64,000 nucleotides of DNA from Macrostomum lignano (Eukaryota), in contig NIVC01000755.1 of the NCBI GenBank assembly GCA_002269645.1, forward strand, positions 248,001 through 312,000, given 5' to 3'. Below, piece by piece: positions 1 through 12,278 of the stretch. Under the pieces are notes generated by a model. That model ran no database searches. It was not told the origin of the DNA and saw only the letters and a list, made by a program, of their open reading frames with translations. The translations under genes and the position numbers were made by a program. Within the stretch, counting starts at the first letter, position 1. Every line of letters starts with the position of its first letter.

Positions 1-210
1 TGTCACTCCCCTTTGTGTCTCCAGGTCACTCCCCTTAGTGTCTCCAAGTCACTCCCCTAGAGTCTCAGGTCACTCTCCTTGGTGTCCCCAGGTCACTGTC
101 CTTTGTGGTCTCAGGTCACTCTCCTTTGTGGTCTCACTCTCAGGTCACTCCCCTTAGAGTCCCAGGTCGCTCTCCTTAGAGTCCTAGGTCACTCTCTTTA
201 GTCTCACTAT
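1..210. repeat. Degenerate about 22-nt tandem repeat (gtcactccccttagwgtcycag)
   Basis: recurring gtcactcycctt motif. Confidence 0.8.
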
Positions 211-1892
211 GTCACTATGTCAATTTCACTCCATTGAGTTCCCCAGTTCGCACTCAATGTCACTCCAAGTGCCTCCAAATTCCAAATCCAAGGCGCAGTC
301 CAGAAATTCAAGGCGCGAGCTCGTTGACTCTCCAGCTTTCTAAGAAATAAATCCAGCCCGGATTTGGCGGGATCACATAGAAAAGCGACATCGAGAACTT
401 CTTGCTGGCTGGAATAGAAGAAGAAAAACGAGAAGAGAGACGGAAAGAAAAAGAAGTGCGGTCGGTGGTCATTTATTTCACCGCGGGCTGGCACTACACT
501 CTCTTCTTAGCCTGTCAATGCTTGGCCGGGGCTGTCAGGTCCCAGAGGAGAGACTTGTGGAAATTTCCAATTTTTCTCATTTGAATAGGCTGCGCCGAAA
601 CGGGGAACCTTTTCTTTGCTTACTCGTGCACCCCTGTCTGTGCGCGAGTTTAAAGTTCGGCTGTCTGGGCTGGGCAAACTGGACTTTAGGGGCATTGCTA
701 AGTTCAAATAGGCCTGGTCGAGTGGCTTAATGTACGCACTAGCGATCGATACTGACGCGCCAAAGGAATGTACACTTAAAATGTACGGATCTCGACCCCC
801 CCCCTAAGATTTTTATTGTACACGCAAATCCAATTGGTTTGACGAGTTGCTATTTTTAGTAACATTTTTGGCGGGACACCCTTCCACCTTGCCAGCTTGT
901 TTATACTTTGACCGAGGTTCACCCACAACTTTATCTGACTACTCTATAAAGTGTTCCAATGTCTTTAGTATCTGTTTCTAAATGGAATCTTTACAACAGA
1001 GTTTCGTTTATGGTAGGACCCATTCGAATCATTGCGAAACCCAAACGTCAAACGAGAAAAAACAGACACCCCAAGTTGAGAGCCGACAGAATAAAAACGG
1101 GGTTGGGCCATGGACAACACGCAACTTTCTGACTTAACTGAGAGTCAAACACACTTAGCTCCAATTGCAATTTCGCGAGTACAGCGGCGTCCTTCTGCTT
1201 TAAGGGTCAATGAATGATTTAATGGGCACAAGTGTCTCGGATGCTGTCAAGTCAAATCATGATAAAAATCTCATGGCTCTCCTTTGTTCCCGCCGACTCT
1301 CTTTCCTCATGTCGCAGCCCCCTCCGGCTGCACAAAATAGCTTGGCAACTGAAGTGAAGCATTCCCCATCTTCCAACCCCCGCTCTGACGCCTCGCCCCA
1401 TCTTTCAGACCGGAGCCGGGAGAGGCGCAACGAGAAGCGGATGTCGGCAGGCGTGAGTTGCCCGCGACCGGCTCTGCTGTTGACGAGAAATCAATTACAA
1501 TCACTGGGCTGCTCTGCCTGACCCCTCATCGTCTGCTTCCCCCTGTTGCTCAAGACCTCATCCACTCCGAAGCATCGATCGGCAGAGCGTCCCCAGGCCT
1601 GAGCATCCGCATGGCAACGCAAACGATTTCCCCAACTCGCCAATTTTCGCTCCAGGTGATCGCCAGTCTCCGGCCGCCAAACTCTGGCAGGCGAAACTCC
1701 TTCAGTCTGATGTTTCCCGGAATGCGGGACGCCGACTGCGACTCGGAGGTTCGCGCTGACGTCCATGGAGGTCCCGCGTCCTCCCCGAGGGACACCGACC
1801 ATCCCCCTGATAAAAGCAAACAATTTCTTAGAAACAGCGCTGCTCCCCCATTGTGGAGGGAAAAATGGACTTATACAACTCCGTCACTTTAA

Positions 1893-3955
1893 CATCATCA
1901 TGTCACTGCATAATGCCACTTTGCGTCATGTCACTTTGCATCATGTCACTTTGCATCATGCCACTGTGCATCATGTCACTTTGCATCATGTCACTTTGCA
2001 TCATGCCACTGTGCATCATGTCACTTTGCATCATGTCACTTTGCATCATGTCACTTTGCATCATGTCACTTTGCATCATGCCACTGTGCATCATGTCACT
2101 TTGCATAATCCACTTTGCATAATGTCACTTTGCATCATCATGTCACTTTGCATCATCATGTCACTGTGCATCATCATGTCACTTTGCATCATGTCACTTT
2201 GCATCATGCCACTGTGCATCATGTCACTTTGCATAATCCACTTTGCATCATGTCACTTTGCATCATCAAGTCCCTTTGCATCATCATGTCACTGCATAAT
2301 GCCACCGTGCATCATCATATCACTTTGCGTCATCATGTCACTTTGCATCTTCATGTCACTTTGCGTCATCATGTCACTGCATAATGCCACCGTGCATCAT
2401 CATATCACTTTGCATCTTCATGTCACTTTGCGTCATCATGTCACTGCATCATCATGTCACTTTGCATCATCATGTCACTGTGCATCATCATGTCACTGTG
2501 CATCATCATGTCACTTTGCATCATCATATCACTGTGCATCATCATGTCACTTTGCATCTTCATGTCACTTTGCATCATCATGTCACTTTGCATCATCAAG
2601 TCCCTTTGCATCATCATGTCACTTTGCATCATCATGTCACTTTGCATCATCATGTCACTGCATCATCATGTCACTTTGCATCATCATGTCACTGTGCATC
2701 ATCATGTCACTGTGCATCATCATGTCACTTTGCATCATCATATCACTGTGCATCATCATGTCACTTTGCATCTTCATGTCACTTTGCATCATCATGTCAC
2801 TTTGCATCATCAAGTCCCTTTGCATCATCATGTCACTTTGCGTCATCATGTCACTTTGCATCTTCATGTCACTTTGCATCATCATGTCACTGCATAATGC
2901 CACCGTGCATCATCATATCACTTTGCGTCATCATGTCACTTTGCATCATCATGTCACTGTGCATCATCATCTCACTTTGCATCATCATGTCACTGTGCAT
3001 CATCATGTCACTTTGCATCATCATGTCACTTTGCATCATCATGTCACTTTGCATCATCATGTCACTGCATAATGCCACCGTGCATCATCATGTCACTTTG
3101 CGTCATCATGTCACTTTGCATCATCATGTCACTTTGCATCTTCATGTCACTTTGCATCTTCATGTCACTGCATAATGCCACCGTGCATCATCATATCACT
3201 TTGCGTCATCATGTCACTTTGCATCATCATGTCACTTTGCATCTTCATGTCACTTTGCATCTTCATGTCACTTTGCATCATCATGTCACTGCATAATGCC
3301 ACCGTGCATCATCATATCACTTTGCGTCATCATGTCACTTTGCATCATCATGTCACTTTGCATCTTCATGTCACTTTGCATCATCATGTCACTTTGCATC
3401 TTCATGTCACTTTGCATCTTCATGTCACTTTGCATCATCATGTCACTGCATAATGCCACCGTGCATCATCATATCACTTTGCGTCATCATGTCACTTTGC
3501 ATCATCATGTCACTGTGCATCATCATGTCACTTTGCATCATCATGTCACTGTGCATCATCATGTCACTTTGCGTCATCATGTCACTTTGCATCATCATGT
3601 CACTGTGCATCATCATGTCACTGTGAATCATCATGTCACTTTGCATCATCATGTCACTGTGCATCATCATGTCACTTTGCATCATCATGTCACTGTGCAT
3701 CATCATATCACTTTGCGTCATCATGTCACTGTGCATCATCATGTCACTGTGCATCATCATGTCACTGTGCATCATCATATCACTTTGCATCATCATGTCA
3801 CTTTGCATCATCATGTCACTTTGCATCATCATGTCACTTTGCGTCATCATGTCACTGTGCATCATCATATCACTTTGCATCATCATGTCACTTTGCATCA
3901 TCATGTCACTTTGCATCATCATGTCACTTTGCATCATCATGTCACTTTGCATAAT
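1893..3955. repeat. Minisatellite of 15/18-nt units (catcatgtcactttgcat)
   Basis: direct reading; source of the His/Met-rich spurious ORFs. Confidence 0.97.
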
Positions 3956-4371
3956 GTAATTTTGCATCCCGAGACACTGTACCATGATCTGTGGGTGTAT
4001 ATTATTAGTTGTAGCAAGCCGAGTTCGAATCTGCTGAGCCTGTAGCCAAGTGAAGTTAATCTCTCAGTTAATTCCTGCACCTGCTACTCAGCATGATTTC
4101 CGCACACGCTCGCGCTTGTGCAGCACAGTGCGGCCCCGATCAGAGCAAACGCAGCAAAGGCTCTCTGTTGTTGTGCCAACATTGTCAATATTGTGAGCGA
4201 ATCACCCATGCTTAATTGCGAGCGAAACACGGAACCTACTGGTGGCAAAGGGTTTGATGTTGCTTTTGTCATGCTAAGTTAGAAGACGGACATCCAGAGT
4301 TGAAATACTGCAGAAGAAAAATGGGCTGGGCCATAGACAATACGCAACTTTCTGACGAGAGATGATTCGCC

Positions 4372-4808
4372 TTCACAAGCTCGAAGCTTCACAGGCTCGA
4401 AGCTTCACAGGCTCGAAGCTTCACAAGCTCGAAGCTTCACAAGCTCGAAGCTTCACAAGCTCGAAGCTTCACAAGCTCGAAACTTCACAAGCTCGAAGCT
4501 TCACAAGCTCGAAACTTCACAAGCTCGAAGCTTCACAAGCTCGAAGCTTCACAAGCTCGAAGCTTCACAAGCTCGAAGCTTCACAAGCTCGAAGCTTCAC
4601 AAGCTCGAAGCTTCACAAGCTCGAAACTTCACAAGCTCGAAGCTTCACAAGCTCGAAGCTTCACAAGCTCGAAGCTTCGCAGGCTCGAAGCTTCACAGGC
4701 TCGAAGCTTCACAAGCTCGAAGCTTCACAAGCTCGAAGCTTCACAAACTCGGAGATTCACAAGCTCGAAGCTTCACAAGCTCGAAGCTTCGCAGGCTCGA
4801 AGCTTCAC
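4372..4808. repeat. 16-nt minisatellite (aagctcgaagcttcac), about 27 copies
   Basis: direct reading. Confidence 0.97.
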
Positions 4809-5045
4809 AGAAATTTTAAACGGCGTTCACGGAGCAATCCAATATCAGCCTTTGCTAAACACAATTTTTATTCTATGGGATTTCAGCTTAGGGTACATCC
4901 GTTTTCTAACTTGGCATGGCACAAACAATACTTCAAATCTCTGGAATTTGAAGGGCTCATTTCAGTTTTTTAATCACCTTCTTAACTTCCCAGGTGTAAG
5001 CATGACAGTTGGCATCTTGTTCGATCCGAGGTTCGATTCGCACCG

Positions 5046-6011
5046 TAAAGGGTTTTACCATAGAAACTTTTCGGATAAGACAAAAGAACTACAAGTCCTA
5101 TTGCTCTGAAATTGAAGTCTAAAGGGTTTTACCATAGAAACTTTTCGGATAAGACAAAAGAACTATAAGTCCTATTGCTCTGAAATTGAAGTCAAAAGGG
5201 TTTTACCATAGAAACTTTTCGGATAAGACAAAAGAACTATAAGTCCTATTGCTCTGAAATTGAAGTCTAAAGGATTTTACCATAGAAACTTTTCGGATAA
5301 GACAAAAGAACTACAAGTCCTATTGCTCTGAAATTGAAGTCTAAAGGATTTTACCATAGAAATTTTTCGGATAAGACAAAAGAACTACAAGTCCTATTGC
5401 TCTGAAATTGAAGTCTAAAGGATTTTACCATAGAAACTTTTCGGATAAGACAAAAGAACTACAAGTCCTATTGCTCTGAAATTGAAGTCTAAAGGATTTT
5501 ACCATAGAAATTTTTCGGATAAGACAAAAGAACTACAAGTCCTATTGCTCTGAAATTGAAGTCTAAAGGATTTTACCATAGAAACTTTTCGGATAAGACA
5601 AAAGAACTACAAGTCCTATTGCTCTGAAATTGAAGTCTAAAGGGTTTTACCATAGAAACTTTTCGGATAAGACAAAAGAACTATAAGTCCTATTGCTCTG
5701 AAATTGAAGTCTAAAGGATTTTACCATAGAAACTTTTCGGATAAGACAAAAGAACTACAAGTCCTATTGCTCTGAAATTGAAGTCTAAAGGATTTTACCA
5801 TAGAAACTTTTCGGATAAGACAAAAGAACTACAAGTCCTATTGCTCTGAAATTGAAGTCTAAAGGATTTTACCATAGAAATTTTTCGGATAAGACAAAAG
5901 AACTACAAGTCCTATTGCTCTGAAATTGAAGTCTAAAGGATTTTACCATAGAAACTTTTCGGATAAGACAAAAGAACTACAAGTCCTATTGCTCTGAAAT
6001 TGAAGTCTAAA
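5046..6011. repeat. 74-nt tandem repeat, about 13 near-identical copies
   Basis: taaagggttttaccatagaaac...gaaattgaagtc recurs at 5046, 5120 and onward. Confidence 0.97.
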
Positions 6012-6254
6012 ATTGCAATAAATTTGAAGAGCTTCCCTCTTCTGCTGCCCGTGGTCATTGTCAACAAAGCTCGTATATTTTATTGACTGTGTGCGCGCGT
6101 GCGTTACCTTTTTTCACCTGTCAATCAGTCGAGGCATTCTGCCACCAAACCCATTATGTTGCAACCTCAATGCACTGACAGCGATGGAAACGATTATCAT
6201 TCTAAATACAAACCACCAGGTGCTAAAATCTGTTGAATTTTATTTCACCTTCAG

Positions 6255-6395
6255 GACAGCCGCGACAAGCTGGCGGAGCAGCTGAGGCAGCTCGAGGCCA
6301 ACGGCTTGCCAAGGCCGGTTCAGGACCAGAACTTGCAGTTGAACTCCATGAGCCTCGACCTGGAGCCGTCCTGGGACAGGGTGGTGGCGCAGGGG
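6255..6395 (+). CDS. PLEKHG5: PLEKHG5-like RhoGEF, first located coding exon (DSRDKLAEQL...LEPSWDRVVAQG)
   Basis: ttcag acceptor and GGG/gtgagt donor, 47 codons, phase 0-0; LEPSWDRVV matches the pre-DH LEDSWRELI motif of PLEKHG5 (recalled). Upstream exons not located. Confidence 0.8.
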
Positions 6396-6420
6396 GTGAG
6401 TCTGTGCTGTGAGCCGCTGG

Positions 6421-7030
6421 TTAGTGAGTGAGTGAGTGACTTCATGAGTGAGTTCAAGAGTGAGTTCATGAGTGAGAGACTTCATAAGTGAGTTCATGAG
6501 TGAGAGAGTTCATGAGTGAGAGACTTCATAAGTGAGTTCATGAATGATAGAGTTCATGAGTGAGTTCATGAGTGAGTTCATGAGTGAGTTCAAGAGTGAG
6601 TTCATGAGTGAGAGAGTTCATGAGTGAGAGACTTCATAAGTGAGTTCATGAATGATAGAGTTCATGAGTGAGTTCATGAGTGAGTTCAAGAGTGAGTTCA
6701 TGAGTGAGTGAGTTCATGAGTGAGAGACTTCATGAGTGAGTTCATAAGTGAGTGAGTTCATGAGTGAGTTCGTGAGTGAGTTTGTGAGTGAGTTCATGAG
6801 TGAGTTTATAAGTTCATGGGTGAGTTTGTGAGTGAGTTCATGAGTGAGTTAGTTCATGAGTGAGATTGTGAGTGAGTTCATGAGTTCATGAGTGAGTTTA
6901 TGATTTCATGAGTGAGTTTGTGAGTGAATTAATGAGTGAGTTCATGAGTGAGATTGTGAGATTGTTCGTGAGTGAGTTCGTAGCTGTGTTTATTATGAGT
7001 GAGCGAGCTCATAGGAATGTTCATGAGTGA
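6421..7030. repeat. Intronic about 12-nt degenerate repeat (gagtgagttcat) containing GTGAGT
   Basis: fills RhoGEF intron 6396-7091. Confidence 0.95.
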
Positions 7031-7091
7031 ATTTCTGATTAGGTACCAGCCTGTGACGCAGATGTCAGAAGCAGCGCCTCCCGATTTCCAG

Positions 7092-7190
7092 AGCATCACA
7101 TCCGCCAAGATGCTGAAGCAGCAGGCGGCCATCTGGGAGCTGTTCCAGACTGAGATCAACATACTCAGGCACCTGAAGACCATCATTGAG
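7092..7190 (+). CDS. PLEKHG5: PLEKHG5-like exon, start of DH domain (SITSAKMLKQQAAIWELFQTEINILRHLKTIIE)
   Basis: ttccag acceptor (in-frame alternatives at 7050 and 7062 possible), GAG/gtgagc donor; matches [23 protein letters not shown]. Confidence 0.85.
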
Positions 7191-7750
7191 GTGAGCCGGC
7201 AGTGGAAAAAAGGCTAATTAATAGTGCTGAATTATTCATATCTTCATTGAATTGGATTCATTGAAAGTCACTGGAGCGAATCCGGAGTTCTCATCGGGAG
7301 TTGAGAAACGATGGAGAAAAGCGGGATGGGAAGGCAAGCCGCTCGAGCTGCTCAAACGGAGAGCAGAGGCAGATGGAGCTTCGGAGCCGTTCTTGAGCTT
7401 TCGGCTGGAGAGAACGGAGGGGAGAGACGGAGTTCGATCCCCCAGGGCAAACGGGGGCAAAGGAACTGCTCTGCTGCAAGTCAAGAGGGAGCTGGCAGAT
7501 GAAGGATTATTGCAAGCTGTAAGCCGCATCAGAGGGCATTACCAGATTCATTAATCCCCGGGTCGCCACTTGCAGCTGCAGAAACAGTGAACTGCTACCT
7601 GAGAAGGCAATATTCCCAACTCTCAGAGGCTGACTGCAAAGCAGCCGGTCTGAGCAGTGGGGGATCAGATGGGGAAACTGAGGATCTCGCATGAATATTC
7701 ATGCCTTCCCAGGAAAACATTAGCAGGAGCAGCTTCTCTGCCCTACACCT

Positions 7751-7927
7751 GGTGCTTTATCAGCGTCCCCGCCTGCCCCCAAGGTGTACATCACCGGTGC
7801 TTTATCAGCGTCCCCGCCTGCCCCCAAGGTGTACATCACCGGTGCTTTATCAGCGTCCCCGCCCTCCCCCCAAGGTGTACATCACCGGTGCTTTATCAGC
7901 GTCCCCGCCCTCCCCCAAGGTGTACAT
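7751..7927 (+). repeat. Four copies of a 45/46-nt unit spanning the RhoGEF splice acceptor
   Basis: ggtgctttatcagcgtccccgcc.gcccccaag/gtgtacatc at 7751, 7796, 7841 and 7887. Confidence 0.95.
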
Positions 7928-8231
7928 CGCCGTGATCCAGCATCTGCAGAGCAGCTGCGGCCTGCTGACGGAGGTGAACACGGACAGGCTGTTCCCCGGT
8001 CTGAGCCTGGTTTACCTGGCTCACCGGAGCCTGTGGATCGAGCACCTGCGCCCGGCCCTGCTGACCGCCAGGCGCACCGGCCAGCGCATCCGGCCGGGCC
8101 AGCTGGCGTCCGGCTTTGTCCGATTCGGCGAAATCTTTCAGCCCTGCGCCGACTACTGCCTGCAGATCGGCGACGCCAAGGACTACCTGCGTAGCTTGGA
8201 GAAGGGCGAGTCCTTTGGCGAGTTCGTCAAG
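7920..8231 (+). CDS. PLEKHG5: PLEKHG5-like exon, DH domain (VYIAVIQHLQSSCGLLTEVNTDRLF...GEFVK)
   Basis: ccccaag acceptor, AAG/gtacgg donor, 104 codons; matches GLLCEVEAERLF...ARRTRALLQPG...F..FG.LF.PY..YC. Confidence 0.9.
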
Positions 8232-8655
8232 GTACGGGTCTTCGGGGTGACGTCCCTTTTAGTCCGTGTCAAGGACGGCGTGATTAAATATACGGTAAAC
8301 TTCGTTTCTTAGAAAATATTTGAAGGCCGGCTTTGCGCTAAAAACACAAGCATTTACTGCTTCTATTAATTTCTGCAAAGCTTTCTTTATAAAATGCTGA
8401 AATTCCTGCCCTAAGTTCAAATACAATCAGCTTTAGAATGTGATATTTAGAATAACTTTTCACTACGAGAAAGCTTTGAAAAAATCAATAAAAGGGACAG
8501 TAAAGTCATAAAAAGATTGGCGAAAATGGGAAGTACCATCTCGGCTGTGTGTCTGTGTGCTTCGCGTAAAGCCAGCCTACAGAGATTTACTAAGAAACGG
8601 AGTTTACCGTCCTCGGTTCTTCTCGCTAAAGAGGAAGCCGCGACCTGCATTGCAG

Positions 8656-8829
8656 TGGGCGCACCGCATGAGCTGCCGCAACTACAACGATGAGGACGGC
8701 ACGGTGGACCTGCAGTTGAAGTCGCTGCTGACGATGCCGCTGCAGAGGATCACCAAGTACGGCCTGCTGCTGCAGGAGGTGCTGCGGCACACGGAGGACA
8801 ACGCGGAGCGGCTGCAGCTGGAAACCATG
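8656..8829 (+). CDS. PLEKHG5: PLEKHG5-like exon, DH C-terminal part (WAHRM...LKSLLTMPLQRITKYGLLLQEVLRHT...ETM)
   Basis: ttgcag acceptor, ATG/gtgagg donor, 58 codons; canonical DH CR3 motif P.QRITKY.LLL. Confidence 0.92.
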
Positions 8830-8877
8830 GTGAGGCCGCCGGAACAGTTGATCTACAGATTAGAAGGCCAAAGTGTT

Positions 8878-9550
8878 GGGCTGGAGAATGTACATTGCCG
8901 TAGCTTAGGGCTGGAGAATGTACATTGCCGTAGCTTAGGGCTGGAGAATGTACATTGCCGTAGCTTAGGGCTGGAGAATGTACATTGCCGTAGCTTAGGG
9001 CTGGAGAATGTACATTGCCGTAGCTTAGGGCTGGAGAATGTACATTGCCGTAGCTTAGGGCTGGCGAATGTACATTGCCGTAGCTTAGGGCTGGAGAATG
9101 TACATTGCCGTAGCTTAGGGCTGGAGAATGTACATTGCCGTAGCTTAGGGCTGGAGAATGTACATTGCCGTAGCTTAGGGCTGGAGAATGTACATTGCCG
9201 TAGCTTAGGGCTGGAGAATGTACATTGCCGTAGCTTAGGGCTGGAGAATGTACATTGCCGTAGCTTAGGGCTGGAGAATGTACATTGCCGTAGCTTAGGG
9301 CTGGAGAATGTACATTACCGTAGCTTAGGGCTGGAGAATGTACATTGCCGTAGCTTAGGGCTGGAGAATGTACATTGCCGTAGCTTAGGGCTGGAGAATG
9401 TACACTTCCGTAGCTTTAAGCTGGAGAATGCACATTACCGTAGCTTAGGGCTGGAGAATGTACATTGCCGTAGCTTAGGGCTGGAGAATGTAAATTGCCG
9501 TAGCTTAGGGCTGGAGAATGCAAATCACCGAAGTCCGGGTCTAGAGAATG
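8878..9550. repeat. Intronic 30-nt minisatellite (gggctggagaatgtacattgccgtagctta), about 21 copies plus a degenerate tail
   Basis: direct reading; TTAGGG spans each unit junction. Confidence 0.97.
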
Positions 9551-9696
9551 TACAGAGACGAAGGGATAGCAAACTTACGTAGATTAGATCTAGGGTGACC
9601 GAATGTACTTTCCCAAAAAACAAAGTATTCGAATTTTGGCGAATTTCAGTAGTCGGTTGGCCCGCTGACGAAGGTACTATCATTTCCCCGTTTCAG

Positions 9697-9951
9697 ATCG
9701 CCCACACCACAGATTTATGCAGCCGGTTAAACTCATCATACCAGCTCAAGTCCGACCAGGAGGAGGTTCGCGGCGTCGCAGATCGGTTGGAGGACGCTAA
9801 AATGCAGGAGTGGCGCGAAGCGCTTGGCGATGAGGCGGCCAGCCTTCTCGACCGCTACCGGCTGGACCTGACACGACCAATGCCTCACAATGGACAGCAG
9901 CGGCGGAAAATTTGCGAGGGCGAACTGCGACTCAGGGATGAAAAAGGAAAA
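9697..9951 (+). CDS. PLEKHG5: PLEKHG5-like exon, DH-PH linker (IAHTTDL...LDLTRPMP...EGELRLRDEKGK)
   Basis: tttcag acceptor, AAA/gtaaga donor, 85 codons; matches LDLTAPIP...LEGSLRMKEGK. Confidence 0.88.
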
Positions 9952-10011
9952 GTAAGAGGGGGGACGGCGGGGCGGTGCGTCCAGGACTCAAGGGAATGGA
10001 AAAAGAGGGAG

Positions 10012-10570
10012 TTTGGTGCAGCCGAGGGACGAGAGTGGAGAGGTGGGTGCAGCCGAGGGACGAGAGTGGAGAGGTGGGTGCAGCCGAGGGACGAGAGTGG
10101 AGGGGTGGGTGCAGCCGAGGGACGAGAGTGCAGGAGAGGTGGGTGCAGCCGAGGGACGAGAGTGGAGGGGTGGGTGCAGCCGAGGGACGAGAGTGGAGAG
10201 GTGGGTGCAGCCGAGGGACGAGAGTGGAGAGGTGGGTGCAGCCGAGGGACGAGAGTGGAGGGGTGGGTGCAGCCGAGGGACGAGAGTGGAGGGGTGGGTG
10301 CAGCCGAGGGACGAGAGTGGAGAGGTGGGTGCAGCCGAGGGACGAGAGTGCAGGAGAGGTGGGTGCAGCCGAGGGACGAGAGTGCAGGAGAGGTGGGTGC
10401 AGCCGAGGGACGAGAATGGAGGGGTGGGTGCAGCCGAGGGACGAGAGTGGAGGGGTGGATGCAGCCGAGGGACGAGAGTGGAGGGGTGGATGCAGCCGAG
10501 GGACGAGAGTGGAGGGGTGGATGCAGCCGAGGGACGAGAGTGGAGGGATGGATGCAGCTGAAGGACGAGA
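10012..10570. repeat. Intronic purine-rich 31/34-nt minisatellite (gagggacgagagtggagaggtgggtgcagcc)
   Basis: direct reading. Confidence 0.96.
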
Positions 10571-11112
10571 ATGCTGTTCGCATTTAAAAAAGAAGAAGCT
10601 TACGGGTTTGAATGCTGAGTTTCAGTTTTATTTCTTTTAACATTATACTTCAATAGTTTGTCAAAATTCTGTCAACTTTCTCTTTGTACCCAAAGTCTAA
10701 CCTCAAACCTTACCTAGAAATATCCCAGAATAAAAATAGTTAGCAAAAGATTATCACAGAAGATGCCGCTAGCTGAATGAATCCAACAAGCCGGATGCTG
10801 GGGACGGGAAAAGCAGTAAATTAGGTTTAGAGGCCTGTGAGATCTGTGAGATGCGGCTGGAAGGAGCTGCTGTGCCGCCTTAGGCGGTAGGAGGGAAATG
10901 GGAATGAGAGAATGGGGATCTGGGAGAAGGACAGCTTTCAACTATATGTCCCGACTGTCCTTCAAGGATTCGTGCGTTTTCGGTTGTTTGCATCGCATTG
11001 GTCTTCAATTCAAGCGCCGCCTCAAAATTCATGCTGAAAATACGCGAACTTGTCACGCACACGGTGCATCAGAGGCTGCATAAATGTAATCAAAAAGTTT
11101 TCTCAATTCCAG

Positions 11113-11245
11113 TGGAGCGACGCCCGGTGCCTCCTGTTCACCGACCTGCTGCTGCTCACCAAGTGCGGCAAGCGCAGCAACCTGCGCCTGCTACGGCCGC
11201 CGATCCCGCTGGAGCGGCTGCTCATCCACCGGCTGACGGACAGCT
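11113..11245 (+). CDS. PLEKHG5: PLEKHG5-like exon, PH domain (WSDARCLLFTDLLLLTK...LLRPPIPLERL)
   Basis: ttccag acceptor, T/gtgagt phase-1 donor; matches CFLFTDLLLVTK...VIRPPLLVDK. Confidence 0.9.
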
Positions 11246-11430
11246 GTGAGTGAAATTGACGCGCCGGAGTGCCGAATTCTGACAATCAACTCGCAACTTA
11301 CTACTGCTGAGTAGTAGTAGTCAATGATGCGAATTGCCGCTTTTTTCATAGAGAGAGGCATCATGCTCGTAAAATCGGAAACGGCTGGGAATGTCAGCTC
11401 CTCACCTTGGCATCCCATACATAGTAACCC

Positions 11431-12260
11431 ACCCCGGCATCCCACCCCCGGCATCCCACACACCCGGCATCCCACACTCAGCATCCCACACACCCGGCAT
11501 CCCACACTCAGCATCCCACACCCGGCATCCCACACTCAGCATCCCACACCCGGCATCCCACACTCAGCATCCCACACTCAGCATCCCACAGACCCGGCAT
11601 CCCACACTCAGCATCCCACACCCGGCATCCCACACTCAGCATCCCACACACCCGGCATCCCACACTCAGCATCCCACACTCAGCATCCCACACCCGGCAT
11701 CCCACACTCAGCATCCCACAAACGGCATCCCACACTCAGCATCCCACACTCAGCATCCCACAGACCCGGCATCCCACACTCAGCATCCCACAGACCCGGC
11801 ATCCCACACTCAGCATCCCACACTCAGCATCCCACACCCAGCATCCCACACTCAGCATCCCACAGACCCGGCATCCCACACCCAGCATCCCACACCCGGC
11901 ATCCCATACCCGGCATCCCACACTCAGCATCCCACACCCGGCATCCCACACTCAGCATCCCACAGACCCGGCATCCCACACCCAGCATCCCACACCCGGC
12001 ATCCCATACCCGGCATCCCACACTCAGCATCCCACACCCGGCATCCCACAATCAGCATCCCACACTCAGCATCCCACACTCAGCATCCCACACCCGGCAT
12101 CCCACACTCAGCATCCCACACTCAGCATCCCACAGACCCGGCATCCCACACCCAGCATCCCACAGACCCGGCATCCCACACCCGGCATCCCACACTCAGC
12201 ATCCCACACCCGGCATCCCACACTCAGCATCCCACAGACCCGGCATCACAGACCCGGCAC
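11431..12260. repeat. Intronic 14-nt minisatellite (cagcatcccacact / cggcatcccacacc)
   Basis: direct reading; fills the 3' part of intron 11246-12278. Confidence 0.96.
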
Positions 12261-12278
12261 ACCAACACCAACCCGCAG

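Noticed and set aside
1458-1892. 144-aa ORF as a possible RhoGEF first exon
   Set aside because: No recognisable homology and no consensus phase-0 donor linking it to 6255; left unresolved
1765-4045. His/Met/Cys-rich long ORFs
   Set aside because: Translations of the 15/18-nt minisatellite, open in several frames on both strands, with no splice or homology support
11324-12278. 478-aa ORF running through intron 6 into the last RhoGEF exon
   Set aside because: The C/A-rich 14-mer cannot form stop codons; the phase-1 splice 11245 to 12279 restores PH homology
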